Assembly (NCBI GenBank): GCA_034660555.1 | Contig: JAYEJL010000012.1 | Span: forward strand, 1-25,436 | DNA: 25,436 nucleotides | Reading direction: 5' to 3' | Origin: Thermotogota bacterium | GTDB taxonomy: Bacteria; Thermotogota; Thermotogae; Petrotogales; Kosmotogaceae | Shown here: piece after piece, positions 1-8,527 of the stretch | Numbering within the stretch: the first letter of the stretch is position 1 | How the letters are laid out: the number at the start of each line of letters is the position of its first letter | Notes under the pieces: generated by a model | What the model was told of the DNA's origin: nothing | Database searches by the model: none | What the model saw: the letters and a program-made list of their open reading frames with translations, nothing else | Made by a program: the position numbers and the translations under genes

Positions 1-689
1 CTCCTAATAACCACTTTTCCTATACCAGCTCTTATTTTTTCGAAATCCTTTATATAGTATTTTAATAACTCTATCTGTTTATCAATAATAATGTCAATTT
101 CTTTTCCGTCAATATAACCAAATCTATCAACAACAAATTCCGAATGACATTTTTAAACATAAAGCTGCATTACCAGAAGCTTTAACGGTTCTATAAGCAC
201 CACACTCCGGACAAAACCATATTAATCTTTTCAGTCCGAGAACTCGCTTTTTTCCATCATATATATAATTCCTAGATCTTTGCCATCTCCATTCAGAATC
301 AAATATGAAATTCAATACCTCGTCATCTTCAAAAACACTGAAATCTATTTCAATTGTCCCTTTTCGTCTTTTTTCTGCCCAGCGTGGTTTTGTAAGATAA
401 CCACCGTGAATTTTGTCTCAACTATAGGTACCTTTGATCTATTAATTAGTTTGTCGATACCTGGATAAGCCTTTCCTGACCCTCCATCCTAGGTAACAGA
501 CCTTTCAGGAAATAAACCTACAGCTCCACCATTTTTCAATGCATTGAAGATATTTCGAACAGTCTTAAGATCGGGTACGGCCTTTTGCTTTTCGATTGAA
601 TTAGATAATTTCATAGGATTGTCTATGGCTGCCATAACAAATATAGGATCAAGAAAATGATTATGATTTGCCACAAGAAGATAAGGTGG
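1..689 (-). pseudogene. Lysophospholipid/1-acyl-G3P acyltransferase (PlsC-like) with C-terminal CxxC...CxxC region, disrupted; runs off the left edge
   Basis: Manual translation gives PPYLLVANHNHFLDP (NHx4D motif) and GLFPERSVT*DG (TAG at 489-491). A frameshift at the T4 run 411-414 leads to KIHGGYLTKPRWAEKRRKG...WFCPECG, and a second at the T5 run 150-154 leads to CLKCHSEFVVDRFGY. No start codon or N-terminus is visible. Joins ORF-track pieces 489..674 and 127..315. Confidence 0.85.
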
Positions 690-1613
690 TTAATGATTTA
701 TTTTGAAGTGCTCCACAGTTTTCTTCAAAACATTCTTTTTGAATAATATTGAGCTCAAATGACCGGTTGGTAATCTGTGTAGTCTTGAATTTGGAAGTGC
801 TTTGTTCAACTCCTGCGATGAAGCTTTAGGAATAAATATATCAAATATTGCTTCAAATAGTATTGTTGGTTGATCAACAAATTTCGCAAAGGTTAAAGGA
901 TCATATTCAAAACACTCTTTAGGTGCAGAATCAACTTCAATTTCTGGCTTTTTAAGATCTTTTATATAATCTCTAAATTCATTTTTGTGAAGCTGACAGC
1001 ACTTTTTTTCATTGCAGGTTTCATCTTCCTCGTATTTAACCCTTAAAACCTTTGTAGCAAAGCTTTTCCAGGTTATATGATAAAAGTTGCCTCCAGTTAC
1101 AACCAGTGATAGTTTCTTTATGTCTTTGCACAAAGACGCGCTTATAACCGCGATAAAACCTCCAAAACTGTAACCCATAATATAAATTGGCTTATCAAAT
1201 TGCTTCAAATAATTGACTGTTGTAAGTGTATCCACAACAGCATTTTCAAATCTATTTCTTAATAGCGTTGCGTTTGTCTCCATGAATAACTCTCCCGATT
1301 TATAACCAATCGGTGTCCTGTCAAAATGATAAGGTAAGATCATCATAGTTCCCGAAAAACCATATTCAGGCATATTTTTTATAAACCACAACAGATGTTT
1401 TAGATTTTTCTGCCCTGTTCCATGAAGGAAGATTATGTTGCCAGAGGAACCAGCTGGATTACCCGATATTTTCAGAACAAGTTTTTCATTGTTTTTGTAC
1501 TCAGCAGGATAGTTGGAATTAAGAACTACATGTTTTATTCCATCATCTGTTTCTTTTTCATAAACCAGTTCAGGATTGTTTGGATATCTTAATGCAAAAT
1601 AATTTTTCTGCAT
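690..1613 (-). CDS. Alpha/beta-fold hydrolase (esterase/lipase-like)
   Basis: FLHG oxyanion motif, GYSFGG nucleophile elbow (GxSxG), late Asp (FDIFIP) and His (PTGH). ATG 1613 preferred over the ORF-track start 1658 because AAGGG lies upstream. Confidence 0.85.
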   Translation of the reverse strand: MQKNYFALRYPNNPELVYEKETDDGIKHVVLNSNYPAEYKNNEKLVLKISGNPAGSSGNIIFLHGTGQKNLKHLLWFIKNMPEYGFSGTMMILPYHFDRTPIGYKSGELFMETNATLLRNRFENAVVDTLTTVNYLKQFDKPIYIMGYSFGGFIAVISASLCKDIKKLSLVVTGGNFYHITWKSFATKVLRVKYEEDETCNEKKCCQLHKNEFRDYIKDLKKPEIEVDSAPKECFEYDPLTFAKFVDQPTILFEAIFDIFIPKASSQELNKALPNSRLHRLPTGHLSSILFKKNVLKKTVEHFKINH

Positions 1614-1683
1614 TTTAAAATTCAACCCTTTCATGTATAATAATAATTCGAAAACCAAACTATTATATTGATTGGAGGATTAG

Positions 1684-2859
1684 ATGAATACAATAGCTGT
1701 GATAACCGGTCTTGCTCTCCTCGCAATCACAATGAGACTGTTTAAAAATATAACACTTTCTTTGGTTATTGCCATTGCAACAATTGGTATTATCCTATTT
1801 GTACCTCTCAATACATATTTTATCTCATTTTCTACCACGATTTCAGATTGGGAGTTCTGGAAAGTAATAATCACAATATTCTCAATATATCTTCTTGGAG
1901 AAACTATGAGCAAAAGCGGAGATTCCAAAAAGTTTACCTCAGCGATAAAAGAAATTTTTCCCAACCCAAAGGTATCAATTTCCCTTATGCCAGCATTGAT
2001 TGGGTTACTTCCAATGCCAGGAGGAGCCATGTTTTCTGCACCGATGGTAAAGGATATTTCTGAAGATACACCTAACATTTCTTCAAAAGATGCACTGGCA
2101 ACTAATTATTGGTTTAGACATTCTATGGAATACTTCTGGCCACTATATCCAGCTATAATTATTGTCGCAAGCATGGCCAATGTTTCATTAAGATCGATTG
2201 TTATCTATATGCTACCTGTAGGTCTTGCAGCAATAATTACAGGATATTTGTTACTGATACGATGCGTTCCAAAAGTGAAACTTGAAAAGTCATCACTTTT
2301 GCAACTGGCTATGAGTTCATGGCCGATAATCGTTGTAATAATTTTTGTCATTTTCAATCAACCTGGCTGGATGGTAGTTTTGTTGACATCTGTTGTATAT
2401 CTACTTACAAAAAGGAACAAAACAGGAGCTTTAAAGGGAGTTTTGAATAAATGGAAAACCTTCATTTTATTGCTCGCAGTTTTTTTCTTTAAAGCATTTG
2501 TTGAAAGTACACAGGTAAACGATTTTATGAGTGAAGAACTTATAAATTGGTCCATACCAACACTACTTGTTATGATGATACTTCCTTTCATTATGGGACA
2601 GATGACAGGCATTACCCAGGGAGCAGTTGGGCTAAGCTTTCCACTTGTTATGAGTATGGCATCAGACGGTTCAGGTCTTAGTGTTGCCATACTTGCTTAT
2701 ACCTTTGCTGTTGCAGGCGTTTTACTTTCTCCAGTGCACCTTTGTGTTGTATTGACCGTTAATTATTTTCGAGAAAGTTACTCAGCGCTTATCAAAAGAA
2801 TAATCTTACCATTATCGGTTGCTACATTAACCGGTGTATTGGTATTCATGTATATATAA
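1684..2859 (+). CDS. DUF401/TIGR00529-family integral membrane protein (putative transporter)
   Basis: 391 aa multi-TM protein with LIGLLPMPGGAMFSAPMV, NYWFRH and LLSPVHLC motifs; GGAGG RBS at 1674-1678. Confidence 0.85.
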   Translation: MNTIAVITGLALLAITMRLFKNITLSLVIAIATIGIILFVPLNTYFISFSTTISDWEFWKVIITIFSIYLLGETMSKSGDSKKFTSAIKEIFPNPKVSISLMPALIGLLPMPGGAMFSAPMVKDISEDTPNISSKDALATNYWFRHSMEYFWPLYPAIIIVASMANVSLRSIVIYMLPVGLAAIITGYLLLIRCVPKVKLEKSSLLQLAMSSWPIIVVIIFVIFNQPGWMVVLLTSVVYLLTKRNKTGALKGVLNKWKTFILLLAVFFFKAFVESTQVNDFMSEELINWSIPTLLVMMILPFIMGQMTGITQGAVGLSFPLVMSMASDGSGLSVAILAYTFAVAGVLLSPVHLCVVLTVNYFRESYSALIKRIILPLSVATLTGVLVFMYI

Positions 2860-2861
2860 AA

Positions 2862-3587
2862 TTATTCCATTGTATGTAACAGAGATTCTGCTTGCTTAAA
2901 GTCTTCTGGAGTATTAACCCCCAGATATTCCCTTTCGTCATTAATAATCAAACTTTGAACACGGTAGTTGTTCTCAATTATTCTGTTAACCAGATTTGCA
3001 ATGTAATATTCTCCAGTATCTGGATCTGGTTCGATCTCATTTATATACGCTCTGGCTGCTTCACTATTGATAATTATTGGACCTACATAAAACTCAAACG
3101 GCGGGTTTGTTTGAGGCAACTTTTTCTCATACATTTTTATTATTCGATTTTTTTCATTTCTCACAACTAAAGCATAAGGATATCGGTTATTACTGATACC
3201 AGAAAGAAATGTGACTGTATTGTCATTCTCTCTATGTTTATCAATTAACTTTTTTAAAGATTCTTCCCGAATAAGAACAGTATCAGAATACATAATAAGA
3301 AGTTCTTCACCGCTAGATATGTTTTTTAGAGCACATTTCAATGCATTAGCGGTTCCAAGTTGTTTTTCCTGAAATACATACTGAAGGTTTTTCGATGCCA
3401 GATGCTTCTCAAATTGTTCTTGACTTTCTTTTCTTATAACCATAATAATTTCTGATTCTTTATCGATGAATTTAATTTTATTTATAATATGTTCTACCAT
3501 AGGTTTATTCTTAATTGGAACAAGGGGCTTCGGGAGTTCCGTTTTCAAGCGTTTTCCTAAGCCAGCAGCGAGTATTATTATTTTCAT
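2862..3587 (-). CDS. Sugar-phosphate nucleotidyltransferase, GlmU N-terminal-domain-like, without the acetyltransferase domain
   Basis: LAAGLGKRLK...PKPL, QEKQLGTANAL, GEYYI and GVNT motifs; GGAGG 7 nt before ATG 3587. Confidence 0.8.
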   Translation of the reverse strand: MKIIILAAGLGKRLKTELPKPLVPIKNKPMVEHIINKIKFIDKESEIIMVIRKESQEQFEKHLASKNLQYVFQEKQLGTANALKCALKNISSGEELLIMYSDTVLIREESLKKLIDKHRENDNTVTFLSGISNNRYPYALVVRNEKNRIIKMYEKKLPQTNPPFEFYVGPIIINSEAARAYINEIEPDPDTGEYYIANLVNRIIENNYRVQSLIINDEREYLGVNTPEDFKQAESLLHTME

Positions 3588-3681
3588 ATTCAAACCTCCA
3601 TTTGATTTTATCCTTTACTAATAATTACAAAACAATTGTATAATGAAAATTGAATAATAACATGATAAGGGGGTAGAACCA

Positions 3682-4611
3682 ATGATGGAAACAACTGAAA
3701 ATATTACTGTTGTTTCTACAAGAAAATTTGTGGATGTCTCAAAGATGGCTTTTTTGCTTGCTATTATGATCGCTGTTTTTGCGATTATTTCATCTTCAAT
3801 TGGTCTTTTTTGGAAAACAGAAGGAGAAACCTTTATTTTTGAAACTCTTCGGGGAGAAACGGTAGAGATATTTGGTAAAGGTATTTATAAATACGATAGC
3901 ATTTTTCTTGCAAGTGCTTTCCAGGGACAAGATGCGGTAATTATTTTCCTTGGCGTTCCTCTCTTAATAGTTTCTTTAGTGAGTTATATGAAAAAATCAT
4001 TGCGCTGGTCACTTTTTTTGAGTGGAATAGCAGCCTATTTTTTATATGTTTACATATCTACTGAGTTTGGAGCAGCTTATAATCGCTTATTTCTGGTTTA
4101 TGTCAGTCTTTTCTCTTTGAGTTTTTTCTTTTTCATCTTGATATTTTCTTCAATAAAATTAGATAACTTGCGTAAGGATGAGATTAATAATTTGCCAAGA
4201 TTTGGTCCTGCGATCTTTATGTTTGTTAGTGGGTTAGTCACCCTTTTTATCTGGTTAGAGCCATTAATTGGATCAATATCTGAAGGAACTGCACCAGAAT
4301 TACTTGATGGTTATACAACAATGGTTACCGATGCTCTTGATCTTGGAATAATAATTCCTCTAACGATAGTTTCTGGAATATTAATTTTGAGAAAAAAACC
4401 ATTGGGTTATAAAATCGCTTTTCCTTTGCTGGGAATAATTCTCCTTTTATTGCCAACAATTACGTTGACTACCTTTATTCAGTTGCATAATGGAGTTACT
4501 TTTACTATGCCTGAAATTATAGGTCCAATATCTGGATTTAGTGGTTTAGGTGTTTTGTCTTTAATAATCATGATTATTATTCTAAGAAAATTACCTTCTA
4601 CAAAAACATAG
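3682..4611 (+). CDS. Hypothetical multi-pass membrane protein
   Basis: 309 aa ORF with about 8 hydrophobic segments; AAGGGGG RBS upstream; TATAAT at 3639-3644. Confidence 0.75.
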   Translation: MMETTENITVVSTRKFVDVSKMAFLLAIMIAVFAIISSSIGLFWKTEGETFIFETLRGETVEIFGKGIYKYDSIFLASAFQGQDAVIIFLGVPLLIVSLVSYMKKSLRWSLFLSGIAAYFLYVYISTEFGAAYNRLFLVYVSLFSLSFFFFILIFSSIKLDNLRKDEINNLPRFGPAIFMFVSGLVTLFIWLEPLIGSISEGTAPELLDGYTTMVTDALDLGIIIPLTIVSGILILRKKPLGYKIAFPLLGIILLLLPTITLTTFIQLHNGVTFTMPEIIGPISGFSGLGVLSLIIMIIILRKLPSTKT

Positions 4612-4657
4612 ATAACTTAAAACAGAAGTAAATGGAAATTTGACCAGGAGGTACTTT

Positions 4658-4891
4658 ATGAAAAAACTTTTGCTTATCATTTTAGTTACAACGGTATTGT
4701 TTTGTAGTTTTTCTTTTATCCTGCATATTCCTGATTTGAGAGAAAAATACTATGGTGAAATTGAACATAAAAAGATCTATTATTACGATCTTCTTTTTTA
4801 TGAGTATCTCAAAGAAATAGAATTTAATTCTGATGAAATTAGTTTAAAAGAGGCCTCTTTCAACTTTTTTGAGGAAACTCTGCAAAACTGA
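4658..4891 (+). CDS. Small exported protein (signal peptide), possibly a truncated remnant
   Basis: AGGAGG RBS, then ATG 4658 MKKLLLIILVTTVLFCSFS; only 77 aa. Confidence 0.55.
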   Translation: MKKLLLIILVTTVLFCSFSFILHIPDLREKYYGEIEHKKIYYYDLLFYEYLKEIEFNSDEISLKEASFNFFEETLQN

Positions 4892-4909
4892 TTTCAAAGT
4901 ATTGGGGAA

Positions 4910-5665
4910 TTGATTTTGAGAGATTTAGTTAATGTATTTATTTACTTGGTCATATATCATGCGATAAATATTTTTGTTCAGGGATCATTAAGAAAGAAAA
5001 AACTTAATCCCTATAAAATTGTAGTAATGATTTCACCAATGAATATTTTGCTCATATTATATTTTGCATATTTGACAGATCTAAACTCAAAACAAATGGG
5101 ATTTACACCGGGGAACACTTTTTTAGGCCTTTTGATGATTCTGATTGTTTTTGTTTATGTTTTTATTTCAGTGAGAAGTATTTTGAAAGCGCCTTCAAAG
5201 GAAATCAGGAAGATACGTTACGGAATTACTTCAAACAGGATATATCAGTATTTATATGGTTGGGTAATCGTTGGAATAGTCGAAGAGTTTTTATTTAGAG
5301 GATACTTACAGGGTAATTTAGATAGGTTTTTCAATGAAAGTTTTCTTACACTAAGGGTTTCAACGTTACTGGCCAGTGGAATTTTTGTTCTCATTCATAC
5401 AGGTAATGTTATCTCCAGGTTTGAAACATGGAAACAATTCTTTAAACAATTACCATTGAGGTTATTCGGGGCGTTGTTACTTGGTTATACGTTTCAAATA
5501 ACAGATAGTTTAATTTATCCTATAATAATGCATAATCTAATAGACGGATCGAGTATGACAGCTATTATTTTTAGGAAGCAGAAGATGAAATTAGAAGCAC
5601 GAGCACGAGAAGCTAGAGTCCAAGAAGTAGTAAAGGGACGAGAATCCGAGAGCTCGAGAAAGTGA
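4910..5665 (+). CDS. CPBP (CAAX protease/Abi) family intramembrane metalloprotease
   Basis: EEFLFRG (EExxxR), FVLIH (FxxxH) and HNLID motifs; multiple TM helices. Confidence 0.9.
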   Translation: MILRDLVNVFIYLVIYHAINIFVQGSLRKKKLNPYKIVVMISPMNILLILYFAYLTDLNSKQMGFTPGNTFLGLLMILIVFVYVFISVRSILKAPSKEIRKIRYGITSNRIYQYLYGWVIVGIVEEFLFRGYLQGNLDRFFNESFLTLRVSTLLASGIFVLIHTGNVISRFETWKQFFKQLPLRLFGALLLGYTFQITDSLIYPIIMHNLIDGSSMTAIIFRKQKMKLEARAREARVQEVVKGRESESSRK

Positions 5666-5705
5666 GAGAAAACACGTGAACCGTTTTCCGTGAACCGATA
5701 GGTGC

Positions 5706-5800
5706 AAAAACCGCTGATATGCGCCTTGTAGAGCAGGCGGATTTGCTGAGCAAAGCTCAGGATATGCGAGCTGCGCTCGGATTTGCGACTTCGTCGGGAA
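5706..5800. repeat. Four-hairpin module with GATWTG linkers, copy 1
   Basis: GATATG-CGCCT[8]AGGCG-GATTTG-CTGAGC[AAA]GCTCAG-GATATG-CGAGC[TGC]GCTCG-GATTTG-CGAC[TTC]GTCG read directly from the sequence. Confidence 0.85.
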
Positions 5801-5805
5801 AAAAT

Positions 5806-6280
5806 CACACCCCCAGCTAAGTACAGCTGGCCACCCTCAAGGGTGGAATCTTTAAAAATAGACAAAACACGTTGAGCTTTGTACTCAAAGTTCAAAACAC
5901 GAGAATTCGAGAAAGTTCTTAAAAACCACTGATTTGCGATTTTAGAAGCAATCGGATATGATGCTTGAGGAACAACAGAATATGTGAGCTGCGCTCAGAT
6001 TTGCGCTTTGTGGGTAAAAAAGTCAAGTAATTGGGATAGGATATAGGGTTTAGCTAAAAACCAAAAAACATACACCCCTCGCTGCTGCGCGCCACTCCCT
6101 CAAGGGGAGAATAAAAAACAGGAAGCGAGAATCCGAGAAAAAACAGGAGATTAAAAAGCACATAAACACACCCAGCCTCCGGCAGCCCTCTCAAGAGGGC
6201 ACTAAAAGCGTTAAAAAACGCTTTTATAAAGCGTTTTAAATCTCTCCTTGAGGAGAGTATCACTAAGTGGGGAGAGGTGT
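5806..6280. repeat. REP-like ACACC...stem-TCAA-stem units, 4 copies (3 direct, 1 inverted)
   Basis: CCACCC-TCAA-GGGTGG 5831-5846, CTCCC-TCAA-GGGGAG 6095-6109, GCCCTC-TCAA-GAGGGC 6185-6200 and CTCTCC-TTGA-GGAGAG 6242-6257; each is preceded on its own strand by ACACC. Confidence 0.8.
5921..6021. repeat. Four-hairpin module with GATWTG linkers, copy 2 (diverged)
   Basis: GATTTG-CGATT[8]AATCG-GATATG-(degenerate)-AATATG-TGAGC[TGC]GCTCA-GATTTG-CGC[TTT]GTG, with the same AAAAACCRCT lead-in and GG..A-run tail as copy 1. Confidence 0.8.
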
Positions 6281-6390
6281 TTGCTTCTTTGGTTTACCAG
6301 ATCCTATACTCGGTTTTTATAAGGTCTCGGATTCTCGTCCTTTTGGTCCTTCTCGGCTCTAATTTTGTATTTCTTGTTTTTTGGACTTTG

Positions 6391-6432
6391 CGTACAACCC
6401 ACAACGTAATACCTACAACGATTACCTAATAA
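6391..6432. repeat. Degenerate 7-bp tandem repeat tract
   Basis: cgtacaa cccacaa cgtaata cctacaa cgattac ctaataa. Confidence 0.5.
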
Positions 6433-6477
6433 AGCGCAAATTGTTTCAATTACTATCCATTAGTAGAAAGGGTGATA

Positions 6478-7348
6478 TTGACGAATAAGAGGTTGAAGGA
6501 AACACTTATTTATTTTTCAGAAGAATGAGATAACAGAATATCACATTTATATGAAGCTCTCCAACAACCTTTCTGGAGAGAATCAAGATATTCTTAGAAA
6601 AATAGCAAACGATGAAAAAAAGCATTATGATAAATGGAAGGAACATTCTGGAAAAAGTGTAAAACCTAGTAAATTCAAGATATTTTGGTATTTATTAATT
6701 GTCAAGATTTTTGGAATGACCTTTGCCTTAAAAGCGCTTGAGGAAAATGAAGAAAGTGCTCAGGAAAAATACTATTCTTATGTTTCCGATCTTCCTGATG
6801 CCGAAGCAATAATGAAAGATGAAAATGAACATGAGAAGCAACTACTAAATATGCTCGATGAAGAGAGAATTAACTATATAAGTTCCATGGTGCTTGGTTT
6901 GAATGATGCTCTGGTAGAACTAACGGGAACTCTTGCAAGATTAACTCTGGCAATTCAAAACACAGTAATAGTTGCTCTTTCCGGTTTTATAACTGGTGTA
7001 ACAGAAGCACTCTCTATGGGTGCTTCCGAATATTTGTCCAAAAAGTCGGAGGTTTCATCCAATAAACATCCTTTAAAATCGGCGCTTTATACAGGTGTTA
7101 CTTATTTGGTAACTGTTATTGTCTTGATACTGCCTTATTTATTGATACCCAATATTTTAATAGCGTTAGGATTTATATTGATAGCAACAGTGTTAATAAT
7201 TTTATTATTTACTTATTTCATTTCAGTTGTAAAGGATAGAAGATTTAAGAAAGCCTTCCTGGAAATGTTCAGTATAAGTATGGGAGTCGCTGCTGTTTCC
7301 TTTGCAATTGGTCTGGTGATTAGGGAGGTATTCAATGTTGATATTTGA
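6478..7348 (+). pseudogene. Rubrerythrin/ferritin-like + VIT1/CCC1 membrane protein (iron/manganese transporter-like) with a 5' frameshift
   Basis: The C-terminal frame has VLGLNDALVELTG and ALSMGASEYLS plus ExxH motifs (DEKKH, DENEH). That frame extends upstream as FQKNEITEYHIY but is closed by TGA at 6494. The RBS-linked TTG 6478 is in another frame that stops after 16 codons, implying one extra base near the T5 run 6513-6517. ORF 6551..7348 could still be translated. Confidence 0.7.
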
Positions 7349-7363
7349 TCCCTGTGATTTGCT

Positions 7364-8515
7364 TTGAATTTCGTTAAAAAGTATCCTGAATCATTTCTCA
7401 TTTTTTTCATTTATGCAAGTAGGGCTACAAAAAACCTGTTCAGCCAGTATTTTGACCAGACTGGATTCACAGCTACACAAATTGGAATACTGATGGCAAT
7501 TCTTCCAATAGTTACACTATTCGTTAACCCTTTCTGGTTTAAGATGGGCGAAAAATTCACAGAAAAAAAGGTTTATGTTGTACTTGCTTTTATGACTGCT
7601 TTTACAATTTGGGGCGTTTTCGTATTTGAGGGATTCATTTCGAAATTGATTTTCTTTTCTGTGGCTTCGGTTTTTTATGCTTCAGTCATACCTTTAGGAG
7701 AATCGCGAATAATAACATCATTGAAGATCAAAAAAAGACTTTATGGTAGAGTAAGGCTCTGGGGTACAATAGGTTTTGGTACAACAGCTGTTTTGATAGG
7801 CATGCTTGTCAAAACGGGCTTTTATAATGTCTTTCTCGTATTTTCTGCAGTGATGCTACTTTCTTTGCCATTTTTGAAATATTTTTCGTTTAGTGATACA
7901 AAAAAAGCCGAAGACAAAAAGCAAAAAGAATATGAAGGGAAAGGAACGTTTTCAACATTTTTATTGTTAACTGCTGGAATGTTTTGTGGAGTTACTATAA
8001 ACGCTTTTCATAATACCTTTATTCCCGTGTTGACCAGAGAAAAAGGCTTCGATGTTTCTACAGTTGGGATTGTATTTATGGCCATGGCATTTTCGGAAAT
8101 TCCCTTCTTGCTATATGCTGATAAAATTGTGAAGAGGTTAGGTTATCTCCCGGTTTTGACTGCAGGGATTTTCTTTGAAGGTTTAAGAATCATTTTAGTT
8201 ACATTGAGTGGTTCATTGATAACATTGATTTTTTCAGAGTTTTTTCATGGTGTTACCTATATACTGGTTTACTTTTCTCTCTTTACATATATTCATTATG
8301 AACTTCCAAAAAACCAAATCACCAAAGCACAGAGTATTTTCTGGGTGGTGAGATCAGGACTTACTTATATAACAGGGTCTCTCCTGGGAGGATTTCTAAT
8401 AGACATGCTGACATCGATTACTGCGTTCCGTTTGATGGGTATATTTGCATTATCTGTTTCAGCATTTATCACGTTGGTTTCATTATTTTCACGCTGGAAA
8501 AAAAGAGCTGCTTAG
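7364..8515 (+). CDS. MFS transporter (MFS_1_like / nucleoside or 3-phenylpropionate permease-like)
   Basis: About 12 TM segments; YGRVRLWGTIG and SEIPF motifs. Start uncertain (TTG, no clear RBS). Confidence 0.85.
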   Translation: MNFVKKYPESFLIFFIYASRATKNLFSQYFDQTGFTATQIGILMAILPIVTLFVNPFWFKMGEKFTEKKVYVVLAFMTAFTIWGVFVFEGFISKLIFFSVASVFYASVIPLGESRIITSLKIKKRLYGRVRLWGTIGFGTTAVLIGMLVKTGFYNVFLVFSAVMLLSLPFLKYFSFSDTKKAEDKKQKEYEGKGTFSTFLLLTAGMFCGVTINAFHNTFIPVLTREKGFDVSTVGIVFMAMAFSEIPFLLYADKIVKRLGYLPVLTAGIFFEGLRIILVTLSGSLITLIFSEFFHGVTYILVYFSLFTYIHYELPKNQITKAQSIFWVVRSGLTYITGSLLGGFLIDMLTSITAFRLMGIFALSVSAFITLVSLFSRWKKRAA

Positions 8516-8527
8516 AATTAATAATTA

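Noticed and set aside
5515..6263. ORFs 5515..5895 (-) and 6054..6263 (-) as transposase or other genes
   Set aside because: No RBS or recognisable motifs; they are read through repeat DNA, and the first overlaps the CPBP gene antisense.
5706..6280. Hairpin patch as a CRISPR array, tRNA or Rho-independent terminator cluster
   Set aside because: The conserved parts are only 4-6 nt with self-complementary variable parts; there is no cloverleaf or T-loop consensus; on the + strand of both flanking genes the stems are followed by A-runs rather than U-tracts.
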